Assembly (NCBI GenBank): GCA_965240325.2
Contig: OZ251230.1
Coordinates: 1,550,001-1,614,000 of the forward strand
Origin: Rebecca billardiae RCC1528
Taxonomy: Eukaryota > Protista > Haptophyta
Direction: 5' to 3'
DNA: 64,000 nt
Shown here: positions 11,571 through 23,033 of the stretch, one piece after another
Layout: each line of letters opens with the position of its first letter
How positions within the stretch are numbered: the first letter of the stretch is position 1
Position numbers and translations under genes: made by a program
The notes under the pieces: generated by a model
The model's database searches: none
The model's input: only the letters and a program-made list of their open reading frames with translations
Told to the model about the DNA's origin: nothing

Positions 11571-12542
11571 CTACTGCGATGCTGTCGGGAGCCGGACCTG
11601 CCATCTCGAGGTGCGGCTGGGATCGCGGAGCTGGTCGGAGAGCGTGCGCAGCTGCTCGAGGAAGACGAAGACGAGGCAGCAGTACGGTCCGAACCGCAGG
11701 TAATTTGCGAGGACCCCCGAGTAGACGGCGGTGATGCCCTCGTGCCGTGCCGCCTGCACGAGCACGTCGCCAACGTGAGAGTACCGACCGCCGAGCGCGC
11801 GCGGCGGCTCGTCCATCATGCGCGTGCACGCAAAGTCGAAGGGCTGCATGGCGAGCACGACGGCGGCGCCGGTGACCAGGCTCGCGGCGAAGTGCGTCGT
11901 CACGTGCGTCGGCGACATGCCCACGCCGCGCACGAGCCCGCCCTTCACCGAGTCGTACGTGGAGAGCTGCACGGAGGACGCCGCCACGACGCGCGCCGAG
12001 AAGGCAGGGAGGCCCTTGTAGAAGCCGCGCAGGCCGTCGGTGGCGAGGATGTCGCGCGAGGCCTCCGTGAGCGTGGCGTACGTCCGGTGCGCGCTCGCCG
12101 CGGAGCCCTCCGCGCTCGACTGCGCCTGGAAGCGCGTCTTGAGCAGGAAGAAGGGGTTGCTCACGACGGCCGCAATCAGGCCCGAGCCCGCGCCGAGCAC
12201 CATCGACTTGGCGTGCGCGGTGCGCGCGTCCTCGCCGGGGCGGAGCAGGTAGCGCTTTCCCACGTCGTAGAAGCCGAAGCGGCAGGCGACGTTCGAGAAC
12301 TGCAGCAGGCTGGCTGCGCCCAGCCCGCGCTGGAGGCCGCGCACGCCCTCGTCGCGCGCGCACGTCCACAGGTTCTGCGCGATGCCAACATGTTGCAACT
12401 CGGGACGCAGCTGCATGCGCGTCTTCATCACATCCAGTGGATTCACGATCTTCGTCGCGCACACCGCTGCTGTGCCCGCATGCACGAACTCCAGCCATGC
12501 TGGCCGCGCGCGCTCCGTCGACGATGACGACGTGGGCGCCAT
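11571..12542 (-). CDS. Mitochondrial carrier family (SLC25) protein, OAC1/SLC25A34-35-like
   Basis: Three carrier-motif repeats: PLDVMKTRMQ, PFFLLKTRFQ, PFDFACTRM; C-terminal YLRFGPYCCLVFVFLEQLR. Confidence 0.92.
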   Translation of the reverse strand: MAPTSSSSTERARPAWLEFVHAGTAAVCATKIVNPLDVMKTRMQLRPELQHVGIAQNLWTCARDEGVRGLQRGLGAASLLQFSNVACRFGFYDVGKRYLLRPGEDARTAHAKSMVLGAGSGLIAAVVSNPFFLLKTRFQAQSSAEGSAASAHRTYATLTEASRDILATDGLRGFYKGLPAFSARVVAASSVQLSTYDSVKGGLVRGVGMSPTHVTTHFAASLVTGAAVVLAMQPFDFACTRMMDEPPRALGGRYSHVGDVLVQAARHEGITAVYSGVLANYLRFGPYCCLVFVFLEQLRTLSDQLRDPSRTSRWQVRLPTASQ

Positions 12543-12741
12543 TAGACGAGGAGTCCTCAGATTCCCGCCACTCGACTTGGCGCTCAACGGTGTGGCGGTC
12601 CGGTCAACCGGTACGTTCCAACGTACTTACTGCAGTAACCCAAGAGTACGTAACCGCACTGTACCCGATAAAGTTTACTATGATTTAACGTGCACACTTG
12701 GTTAAGGCGTACTACCAGTAACGGCAAACAGCTCCTATCAG

Positions 12742-14736
12742 TCATCCTCGGTCCGCACGCCCTGCCGCGCGCTGCATCCACCGATCCGCGCACCGCTTGC
12801 GGCGCTGCCATGAGGCCGATTGCGCAGCGAAGGTGAGCCGCATGGGGCTCTCTCGCACCCGCGTATGCTTGCGCTGTGCGAGCCGCGCGCTCGCCGCCCA
12901 CGCGCGCGCGACGACCGCATCGAACGCGGAGACGGCGTCGCAGATGCCGTGACCGAAGCTCGTGCCATTTGGGGCGGCATCGGCGGCGCAGTCGTGCGGC
13001 AGGTACGTGAAGAAGGGCGCGACGCGCTGCAGCTCGGCGCGCATGCTCGCGAGCCGCGGCGCGTCCGCGGCGAGCGCGAGCAACGCGCGCAGCCACGCGC
13101 CCGATTCGTCCGCGGCGACCCCCGCAGCGCGAAGCGGCACGCTGAAGCGCGAGTAGTCGAGGCTGAGCGTGGCAGGGCCGGCCGCCCGCGGCGGCTCGCG
13201 CGCGCCGTGCGCCCGGCGCGCGGCGCGCCACGCCCACCACGTCGGGCGCGACTCGTTGTACGCGCGGTGCCCGCCCTCGATCAGCACGGGCAGCGCGCCC
13301 GCGAGCGCGGCCGCGTACGCGTGCGACCGCCCGAGCGTGTCGCCGGGTGGCTCGAGCGTAAGCGCGGCGCGCGCGAGCGCCTCGTACGTCGGGCGGCGGT
13401 GCGCGCAGCACTGGCGCGAGCCCGCGCGCGCGCATGCGACGAGCGCGCCGTCGTCGCGTGGGCACGCGGCGGTGGCCGCGCTGCGCCGCATCGCGCGCTC
13501 GAGCAGCGGGCGCACGTACTGCTTGGCCGAGAAACGGTCCTTGCCCGTGCGCGTCGCGCTGGCGTCAAAGAGAAGGCTGACCGGCCGGGGCGCGGCGCGT
13601 GGGTCGAAGGCGCCCTGACGCGCCGCCCAGTCCACCGCGCGCAGCACGCCCACCGTCGTCGGCAGCGTGACGAAGAGCGGGCCGCCGCAGAAGGCGTGCA
13701 GCTCGGCGCCGCGCTTCTCCGCGTGCGCCAGCAGCGCCTCCCTCCTCTCCAGCTCCTCCTCCGCGCCGTCGAGCCAGCCGGCGCGGCCGAGCGGGTCGAG
13801 GTCCTCGGTGTCGACGAGCGCCATCGAGCTCATGGTCGTGCCGACCACCAGCCGCGCGCGCATCGCCTCGGGCAGCACCGCCATCATCCGCAGGTTCCGC
13901 AGCTGCGGCGGGCCGTTCCACATATACGGCTCGACAACCGCCAGCAGACGGTGGCCGCCGCGCGCGAGCGGCGCGGTGAAGTACAGGTCGTGGATCCCGC
14001 GCCAGTACGTCTCGACGAGCCGGCGGGTGAAGCAGCGGCGCATCTCCATGAAGACGTGGGGGCCGCGGATCGTGCGCAGGTGGAACGCGAGCGAGGGCAC
14101 CAGCACGACGTGCGCGTCGCACCACGCGCTCTCGGACGAGGCGCGCGCGCGCAGCTCGGCGAGGGTGCGCGCGCCCGCGCCGCAGACCAGGTCGGAGCGC
14201 TGCAGCCAGCGCGAGAGCACGTGGTGCTCGTGCGCGAACTGGTCGAAGAGCACGTACGGGGACGGCGGGAACATGCGCTGCACGCAGAAGTCCGGCGGCG
14301 CGGCGCCCTCGCTCGCCACCGCCGCGTTGCCCGCGCACACCGTGCGTGCTGGGTCGAACAGGTGCGCCGCCGCGAGGATCGTGGCGTTGAGCGCGCGCAT
14401 GGGGGGCAGGCGCGTCTCGGTCCGCGGGCTGCCCGCCCCCTTCTCACGCATCGCCGCCGAAGCATTCGAGTGCCACGATCCCGCCAGTGCGGGCCACGCA
14501 AGCCACGGCGCGGTGACCGTACTAGGCGTGCACTGCCGCCACGAATCCTCACCGTCAACGTGGCTGAAGATGTCGCGGAAGAGCTCGCTCACCGCGACGC
14601 GCAGCGGGCCGCCGGGCGGTGGCGGCGCCAGAGCGGAGTGAGTGCCACTGCTCGCCAGCGCGAGCAGCAGCGTGACGAGCCGCCGCCGGCGTGGTTGCCA
14701 TCGCGCGCGCCGCCTCGACGTCGCCGCCGACGGCAT
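12742..14736 (-). CDS. Exostosin-family (GT47) glycosyltransferase
   Basis: N-terminal hydrophobic anchor; GT47 motif LTLEPPGDTLGRSHAYAAALAGALPVLI; C-terminal SMRAELQRVAPFFTY. Start uncertain (14736-14805). Confidence 0.8.
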   Translation of the reverse strand: MPSAATSRRRARWQPRRRRLVTLLLALASSGTHSALAPPPPGGPLRVAVSELFRDIFSHVDGEDSWRQCTPSTVTAPWLAWPALAGSWHSNASAAMREKGAGSPRTETRLPPMRALNATILAAAHLFDPARTVCAGNAAVASEGAAPPDFCVQRMFPPSPYVLFDQFAHEHHVLSRWLQRSDLVCGAGARTLAELRARASSESAWCDAHVVLVPSLAFHLRTIRGPHVFMEMRRCFTRRLVETYWRGIHDLYFTAPLARGGHRLLAVVEPYMWNGPPQLRNLRMMAVLPEAMRARLVVGTTMSSMALVDTEDLDPLGRAGWLDGAEEELERREALLAHAEKRGAELHAFCGGPLFVTLPTTVGVLRAVDWAARQGAFDPRAAPRPVSLLFDASATRTGKDRFSAKQYVRPLLERAMRRSAATAACPRDDGALVACARAGSRQCCAHRRPTYEALARAALTLEPPGDTLGRSHAYAAALAGALPVLIEGGHRAYNESRPTWWAWRAARRAHGAREPPRAAGPATLSLDYSRFSVPLRAAGVAADESGAWLRALLALAADAPRLASMRAELQRVAPFFTYLPHDCAADAAPNGTSFGHGICDAVSAFDAVVARAWAASARLAQRKHTRVRESPMRLTFAAQSASWQRRKRCADRWMQRAAGRADRG

Positions 14737-14929
14737 TGTTGCATGCCACGCCACGGGTCCGGAGTTGAGAGTGGCTGCACGCATCAGAGGATGGCGGACG
14801 TACACGTAACGGGAAACGGCGGGAAACGGGGAAAGTCGGTTTTCCTTTTCGTTTCATCGTGCTCGTATCTTGGCAGAGCCCTCCTGGGCCCGGTGGAAAG
14901 CTGCCCGTCGGGTGCAAGAGTAAGGCACC

Positions 14930-16506
14930 ATGAACATCCCCACGACCGACACGCGCGGGACGCTCATCTACAAGGAGATGATGGAGCGTGAGAAGAAGTG
15001 CGCGCCCTAGCCGTCGCCCGTTGCAGCGCCCGCCGGATCCGGCACCCCGCGCGTGCGCTGAGCAAAGCGCGTGCGCGCAATGGGCTGCCGCTGCGCAGGT
15101 CGCTCGTGAACTGGGAGTACAAGCATGGCCCGCTCGCGGGCGCCTCTATGGACGCAGAATCAAAACCCGGTCGGCTATACGTCGAGCTGCAGCGCGGGCG
15201 CAACTTCGCGCCGCTGGACACCGATGGTACGCGCGTGTGTGTCCTCCCGAGCGCAAAGGGCTGAGCGCGGCGCCACGCGTGCATACAATGTCATGAGCGC
15301 CATGCCCGCGCCCCGCGGCCAATCGTCGCAGGGCTCGCCGACTCGTACGTGCAGCTGCGCCTCAACGACCAGGCGGTGAAGCGCTCGAGCACCGTGCGCA
15401 GCCTCGACCCGGTGTGGAACGAGCAGTTCCAGTTTGACTGCACGCGCACCGACACGCTGACCGTCGAGGTGTTCGACGACGACTCGATGAAGAAGGTGCG
15501 CATCTCGGAGTATTCGGAGCTGCAGGGCGCCGCGAAAATCAAGATGTCCTCGCTCAAGCCCAGCCAGCACGAGACGCGCACGCTGCAGCTCAGCGGCGGC
15601 CCCGGTCGGCCCACGCTGATGCTCTCAATCATGTGGCAGGCCAAGGCAGCCATCACCTTCGCCTCGCAGGAGACGGCGCTGCGAGCGTCGCTCGCGCAGA
15701 TGCGCACCGAGCTGGCCGTCGCACGCGCGAAGAAGGCATCCTGGGAGAACTCGTCGGGTGCGCCTCGCGCGAGCGCGCCCACTGCGCCCAGACGCTCGGG
15801 TGGCCGGGTGCCTTCCCCCTCCCCACACGCCGCCCAGCACCCACGGTGTGGGCACGTGCTCGCGCGGCACGCACAAACGCCCAATGACCCGCCTGCCCTG
15901 CGCCCGCACCGCGGCGCTTGCCGCAGGCTACCTGCGCTCCTTCGGCGTGCTTGCGCCCGCCGAGGCGCGCACGGGCACGCTCGAAGGCCCCGCCGTCTGC
16001 GAGGTCTTTCCCGACGCCAAGTGGCCGGAGGGGCAGCCTCGCAAGTACGGGCTGCTCAAGCCGGAGGAGATGCGGCCGTCGCGCGCGACGCTCGAGGCCA
16101 TCGCCAAGGCGCACGGCTCGAGCGAGTTCCAGGTGATCAAGCAGTCAGAGAACACGGGCGGCGTGGACGTGGTCGTGGGCCCTGGGCGCAACGCGCAGGC
16201 GTACCAGGACTTTCAGAACAGGTGGAAGGTGCGCCTGGCTGGGGCGGATCGCGGCCGCGCGCGGGCAGCAGGCGGCTTGGCGGTGGCCACGGGGATAGCA
16301 GATGGCATTGCGCTCCGGCGCACCGCGTGTGCTCACCGCTCCTCGCGCTCACCCGGTCCCGCGCTCCGGGCTGCCCGCAGGCTGTGGATATGGAGGTGCA
16401 GGACCGCGCAAAGCAGAATGCCTTCCGCTACCCGTCCGCGCCCGACGGAACGACGCTGCCGTGCCTCTATGGCGGCTTCAAGCGACGGGCAGGTCGCTTC
16501 TTTTGA
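14930..16506 (+). CDS. C2-domain protein; exons 14930-14997, 15099-15226, 15332-15757, 15927-16228, 16381-16506
   Basis: Four GT...CAG introns give one continuous frame. C2 motifs LYVELQRGRNFAPLDTDGLADSYV, SLDPVWNEQFQF, LTVEVFDDD. Confidence 0.85.
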
Positions 16507-16673
16507 CCAATGAATATACTTACAAGTCCTAAGCTACCTATACCGCTGCTGGCGGACCTGCGGCTCGTCTGACAGCACTGCGACGCCGCACGTAGTGCGA
16601 CGGCGCCCGTTGAAATCGTCCGAGTAGTCAACTCATCAGTCGTTCAGATTCAAAAAAGCGCTAGCGCCGCAGG

Positions 16674-16776
<103 letters not shown>

Positions 16777-17447
16777 AGTCGTTAATATTCAGCCAGAGAA
16801 GTATTCCGTGATCAGCTGATCAGCGCGCGCTGAATTTCACTTTCAGCAGCATCGACAGCAGTCGTATAGATAGCGTACAACGTAGACGGTAGAGACAATA
16901 GAGTCTCAGCAGTTGACTATTGGCATCGGAGTCTGAGACTGAGTCTGAGTCTGAGCCGCGGCTCGGAGTCTTCAAGGACAGTCCGAGGGCACCCGCGTGA
17001 GTCGGTCACTCGGGCTCAGAGCATCCTACTAGTACTACCCATACTACGCTAGTATAATTAAATATAGTCGCGTAAGGTAGTGACTAGTCCGGGAGTGAGC
17101 TGTCTGGCAGTGATGAGCACTCGGTCTCGTACGAGTACTACGTTACCCACACGGTCTAAGCCACTAGCCAGTAAGAGTGTGCCGGCGACCAGGCAGCCGC
17201 GTTGCCAGCCGAGCTTGTCGGCTCTCCGCCGACACCCTTTCGAGGATGGCCGCGGCGATGCTGGTGAATCCGATGGATCACGTCGCACGGCCCACCACTT
17301 GGACGGCAGCAAGCGGCTGCACCTGCCACAGTGGCCATCATTCATCAAGGCGCGAGCGGGATCGAGTATGGCCGTGCGGCCCCAGACTGCGGCTGCGAGC
17401 GGCGCGCGCGCGGGAGGCGCGAGGCTGCGAATGCTCCCATCATGGCG

Positions 17448-18104
17448 TCAGCTCGTGCCGCTGTTCGGCCGCCGCGGCCCGCCCCGCTGCTGGCCGCCGC
17501 GGTTGCCCTGCTGCTGCTGCTGCTGCTGCTGCTGCGAGCGATCAAAGCGGCGCACGTCCCTGCTGGTCTGCTTGTCCAGCAAGGAAAGGAAGCCGTCGTT
17601 CTCCAGCTCGCGCGTGAAGCCGATGTAGTGCGGAGAGTACCCGTGATCGACCAGCGTGTGCTTCCGCATCTCGCGCTGCACGGCGGTCGTCTCGGGCTCC
17701 TGAACGACTCCGGTCACATCCATCTCGATTCGGACGTGATCGCCCGCGCGCAGGATGCGGAGGTTATCGACGTGGATCGGGCGGTTGATGTCGTCCTCCT
17801 CGTCGAGCTCATCCGCACGCGTGGCAGGCTCCTCCTCGGCCGCCTCGGCCTGCTGCTTCCGCGCAGCCATCGCCTCCTTGCGCCGGTAGGTAATCTCAGC
17901 GTGCAGCTTGGACACGGCGTCATCCGCGCGCGACGGACGCGGGCGGTCCCGCGGCGGCGGGATGCCGAGTTTCCGCCGCACGTAGGCTGTTTTCTCTGGG
18001 CTCACTTCGACGACGCCTTTCATGTCCTTCTTGTCTTTTATGCGCCCCACGGACGACGAGAGGGCTCGGCGCACGGCGCCGAGCATCATCGTCGAGCGCA
18101 GCAT
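17448..18104 (-). CDS. Hypothetical protein, probably mitochondrion-targeted, with a polyQ tail
   Basis: MLRSTMMLGAVRRALSSS presequence-like start, charged K/E/D-rich composition unlike shadow ORFs, and a (CAG)n polyQ near the C-terminus. Confidence 0.7.
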   Translation of the reverse strand: MLRSTMMLGAVRRALSSSVGRIKDKKDMKGVVEVSPEKTAYVRRKLGIPPPRDRPRPSRADDAVSKLHAEITYRRKEAMAARKQQAEAAEEEPATRADELDEEDDINRPIHVDNLRILRAGDHVRIEMDVTGVVQEPETTAVQREMRKHTLVDHGYSPHYIGFTRELENDGFLSLLDKQTSRDVRRFDRSQQQQQQQQQGNRGGQQRGGPRRPNSGTS

Positions 18105-18188
18105 GACGGCTGCAAGCCTCGCCGTGGCACGGCGCCCGGCCCGGACTTGCAACAAGCAACCGGGTGCCGGACAGTACGTACGAAGCCG

Positions 18189-19414
18189 ATGGCGCCCCGC
18201 CAGCGCACGTTCGCGCGCCTGCTGCTGCCGCTGCTCGCGCTCGGCTGCGCCGGCCTGAGCGGCGCGGCGGCGCACCTCAGGCCGCGCACGGCCGCGCCCA
18301 TCCGCGCGCATCGCCCCCACCGATCGCGCTCGTCGCCCCGCGCCACAACCAACCTGCCGACCCTCGACGAGCTGCGCGCACGGCACGCGAGTGGCGAGCC
18401 GCTGTCGGAGCTCCTCCCGGACTGCCTGCCGTTCCCGCTGGACGACTTCCAGCGCGAGGCGCTCGACGCGCTCCTCGCGGGTGAGAACGTGCTGCTCTCC
18501 GCGCCGACGGGCTCGGGCAAGACCGCCGTCGGCGAGCTCGCCGTGCTCGGCGCGATCGCGCGCGGCGCGCGTGCCGTGTACACCACGCCGCTCAAGGCGC
18601 TGTCCAACCAGAAGTTTGCGGACTTCTGCGAGCGCTTCGGCGCGCGCAACGTGGGGCTGCTCACGGGCGACGTGTGCATCCAGCGCGACGCGCCCATCCT
18701 GCTCATGACCACCGAGGTCTTCCGCAACATTCTCTACGACGACGACGACGACGACGACGAGGGCAGCGGGCGCTCGGCGGGCGCGCTCGCGCCGCCGCGC
18801 GCGCGCTCGCTGCTGCCCGAGGTGGGCGTGTGCGTGCTCGACGAGTTCCACTACATGGGTGACGCCGCGCGCGGCGCCACGTGGGAGGAGGTCGTGATCC
18901 ACGCGCCCGCGCCCATGGCGCTCGTCGCGCTCTCGGCGACGGTTCCGAATGGCGACGAGCTGCGCCGCTGGATCGAGGCGACGCACGGCCGGAGCACGCG
19001 GCTGGTGAGCTCGAGCACGCGGCCGGTGCCGCTGCGCTTCCACTTCGCGGACGGGACGCACGGGCTCCGCCCGCTCTTCTCAGACCCGAGCGCGATGCCC
19101 AGGGCCGTCGCGGGCGACGACGCGCGCGCGGCGGCGGCGGGCACATCTGAAGAGGTGGGTGAGGGCGAGGGCGAGGGCGCGCGCGGGTTTGGCGCGCGGG
19201 GGCGCACGCGCTCGCGCGGCAGGCGCGCGTCCTCCGCGGACGTGCGCCTCAACCCGAAGCTGCTGCCGCCGCCGCCGACCGACGCCGAGCGCGCGCGCGC
19301 GGGCGGAGTGGAGCGCGCGTTTGGCCGCAGCGGCGGCCGCGGAGGCGGCTCGCTGCGCGCCGCCGCTCGGCGCGCGAGCCGCGGCGGCAAGCCGTCGAAG
19401 CGCGCGCGGTACAG

Positions 19415-19446
<32 letters not shown>

Positions 19447-22400
19447 GCGGGCGTGCAGCAGCCGGCAGCGGCGCCGGGCGTGCCGCCGGCGCAGGCCGCG
19501 GCTGGGACGACGCGGCCTCGCGCGCGCCCACCGTGCCAACCATGCCCTATCTGGCGCGCTCGCTGGGGCGCGCCGAGATGCTCCCAGCGATCGTCTTCAT
19601 CTTCAGCCGCGCGGGGTGCGACGCGGCGGCGGAGGCGGCGGCGCAGAGCGCGGGCGAGCTGCTCTCGCCCTCCGAGAAGCGCGCGCTCCACGCCGCCGTC
19701 GACGACTTCGACGCCGAGCAGCGCCGAGCCGCGCGCGCGGCGGGCGGCAGCGGCGCCCTTGTCAGCGCAGAATCGCTCGCCTTGCTGCGCGCCGGCGTGG
19801 CCGCCCACCACGCCGGGCAGCTGCCCTCGCTGAAGAAGCTGACGGAGACGCTCTTCGCGGCGAACCTGCTCAAGGTCGTCTTCGCCACCGAGACGCTCGC
19901 CGCCGGCATCAACATGCCGTGCCGCAGCGCGGTGGTCACCTCGCTCTCGAAGCGAGGCTCGTCGGGCATCGAAGATCTGGGTGGCTCTGCGCTGTTACAA
20001 ATGGCTGGGCGCGCGGGCCGGCGGGGCATGGACGAGGTGGGCCACGTGGTGATCGTGCAGTCGCGGTGGGAGGGCCCGCTCGAGGCGTTCCGCGCGGTGC
20101 AGCGCCCCGCCGAGCCCATCCAGTCGCACTTCAGCCTCTCGTACGCGTCCGTTCTCAAAACGGTCACGCGCGCGCGCGGGCTCGAGGGCGCGCGCCTCAC
20201 ACTGCGGAAGAGCTTTGGCGCGTTTCAGAACAGGGAGGCCGAGGCGGCGCTGGTGCCGCAGGCCGAGGCGGCGCGCTCGGCACAGGCGCCGGGCGCCGAG
20301 GCGCAGCCGCGCGCGCCCGAGCGCGACCCGCTGGCGCGCGCCGACGCGCTGCGCGCCCAGGCGGACGCAGTTCGCCAGCAGCTTGCGTCCACGCTCACGG
20401 CGGCCGGCGACGGCGGCGGCGGCGGCGGCGGCGGCGGCCCGCGCGCAGCCGCCGCTGCGGCGGGCGTGGCGGCGCTTGAGGCGGCGGCGACGGCGGATTG
20501 GGCGGGCGCGGACGAGCTCGCCGCCGCACCGCCGTCGAGCCCGGCCGCGGCGCCCGCCTCCACCGCCGCCATCGACGATGTCGTCGCATATGCCGCGCTG
20601 CGCGAGCGGCGCGCGGCCGAGGCGAATGTTTTGGAGTGGCTGCGGACGCAGACGGCGCGCGCCGAGGGCGCGAGGATGGGCGAGGCGGCCGCGTTCGCCA
20701 CGGCGGGCGCGCGCGCGCTGCTGAAGACGGGCGAGCAGGCCCTTGTGCTCCGCGCCGGCGCGCCGCGCGCGGACGCGCCCTTAGCCCCGGGCGGTCCGGA
20801 TGAGCAGCTGTTGCTTCTGGCCTGGCCACACGCGGGCGACGCGGCAGCAGCGGACGGCGGCGGCGGATCGGCCGGGGGCGCCGACGCCGATGGCGATGGC
20901 GCCGAGCGCGCGTGCCTGCTCTCGGCGAGCGTCACGTCGCTCGCCGCGATTGACGTCGACTCCGAGGCGGCGGCGGAATCCGGCAGCGCGGTGGCGGCAG
21001 CGCTCGGGGCTCTGATGGGCGGCAGCGGCGGGACTGGGGCCGCGGCCGGCGGCAGCGGCGGGGCCGCAGCCGAAAGAGCTACTGCTGACGAGCAGCCGTC
21101 CGCGGGCACGGAGGAGGGAGGCGCGGCGGCGCGGCCGGCGGCGGCGCGGCGCGCGGCGCCGCCATTCGTCCTGCCGCCGCTGCGCGCGGGCGCGTGGTCG
21201 CAGCGCGAGGCTGACGGCGCCTGGAGCTGCCCGGTGCGCGAGCTGGGCGCGGACGGCAGCGCCCAGCTGCGCGCACTCGCCGCGGCCGCGCGGCCGCTCG
21301 AGCCGGCGGCGGAGGACGAGGCTCTGGTCCAGCAGCGGGAGCGGCTGGCGGCGCTCGACTCGGCCCTCGAGGCGTGCGCCGTGCACGGCCGCGCGGACGC
21401 CGACTCGCTCGCCAGCCTCGGCGCGCAGCTGGCCGCAGTGCAGCAGGAGGAGGCGCGCGAGCGCAAGCGCGCGCGCCGCCGCGCCAAGCGCGGCGAGCGC
21501 GATGCTGGCGGCGCGGACGGCGGCGCGGACGGCGGCGCGGACGGCGGCGCGGACGGCGGCGCAGGGCTGAGCGGCGCAGCAGCGCGCGGCGACGGCGGCG
21601 GCCGCGAGGAGCTCAGCTGGCAGGCGCTGTGCGGCGCGCACGCGGTGCTCACGCAGTACGGCGCTCTGGTGCCCGCGGCGGCAGCGGGCGATGCCGATGG
21701 CGCCAAGGCCGGTGCGGTGACGGAGCCGCGAGAGGTAGCCGGCGCGCCGAGCGCGGCGTGCGAACTCTCCGAGTTCGGCAGACTCGTCGCCTCGCTCGGT
21801 GCGCGCGCCGCGCGCGCCGCGCGCCTCCTTTGCGTGCGCCGAGCGCACGCCCGGCTCCGCAGCCCGGCCGCGGGCACTCGGCCTCGCCTGCGCGCGCGGC
21901 CCCCCACCCCCCAGCACTCTGCTCATCATCGCCGCATGACGCGCGGGCGCCCGATGCGCCGCCCGCCCCCATCGCCCTCCCCGCGCGCGCGCGCCGCAGG
22001 CTCGGACAACGAGCTCTTCGTCGCGGTGGTGCTGATGTCCGCGCACATCTTCGACGGGTGCGAGCCGCACGAGGTCGCGGCGGCGCTCTCCGCGCTCGCC
22101 GCGGGCGAGATGCGCGCCTCGGCCTCGTGCGAGCTGGACGCGTCCGAGCGCGTGCTTGGCGCGTGCGCGCAGATCGAGCCGATCGCGCTCGAGCTGGCGC
22201 GCGCGCAGGAGGAGGCGGGCATCTGGTACCCCGTGAGCTACTCCGCGGCGTACGCCGGGCTGGTGCAGGCGTGGGCGGCGGGGATGAGCTGGACGGAGGT
22301 GATGGACGCGACCACGCTCGACGCGGGCGACGTACTCCGATTACTCACGCGCACGCTCGACCTGCTGCGCCAGACGCTCACCGCGCCGTACGTGCCACAG

Positions 22401-22613
22401 GCGGTGCGCGAGGGCGCGCGCGAGGCGCTCGCCACCTTCGACCGGCCACCGATCGCCGAAAGCCCGCTGCCCGTCACGGCGCTCGACGCGCCGGCCGCGA
22501 CGGAGGCCGGGACCGCGGCTGTCCTCACCGTGGACACGACTCGGAGCGCGGTGGCCTCCACAACTGGCGCAGAAGACGCTGATGCCCCGCCGCTGGCAGC
22601 AGCGGATGTGTGA
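18189..22613 (+). CDS. SKI2-family DExH-box RNA helicase, ISE2-like, probably plastid-targeted; intron 21799-21999
   Basis: APTGSGKT, YTTPLKALSNQK, DEFH, LSAT, ATETLAAGINMP, QMAGRAGRRG, and a DSHCT-like C-terminus (AWAAGMSW...LDAGDVLRLLTRTLDLLRQ). Signal peptide plus transit-like N-terminus. Confidence 0.92.
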
Positions 22614-23033
22614 GCTGTGAGCAGCACTTGACACGGTCACGGGCACTGGACAGCGATGCCCGCGCAGCGCGCTCGCCGAACTCGCCCTGGCGCATCACGC
22701 CCCTGCCCCTGCCAGGCTGCCAACGGCCCCTGGCCTGTGGCTTATTGATGTGGCGGCGTCCGCCCGCGCCGCGCGCGGCGTCGGGGCTCAGGCTGCCGCC
22801 GCGACAAAGTTGTCTGACAAGTGGGAAGTGCGCGAAAAGCCCAATATATATAATAAGCTGACAAGCAGCCTATTTGATAGGCAATAGCTGAATAGCGCAT
22901 ATATCAGTGTTATTGAGCTGGCTTTTTAAATAAATATTGCAAACGTCGTACTCGTAGTAGCCGCCGTAGCACAACTACACTGATCGTGACGACGATGATG
23001 TCGTGACGACACTAAGACTATGCATATCGATGA

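Noticed and set aside
12820-14991. 723-aa plus-strand ORF and the many other Arg/Ala/Pro-rich ORFs
   Set aside because: They are shadow frames of real genes in very GC-rich DNA with no recognisable motifs.
17331-18188. N-terminal extension of the 1760-aa helicase ORF
   Set aside because: It is antisense to the 17448-18104 gene, and the signal peptide starts at ATG 18189.
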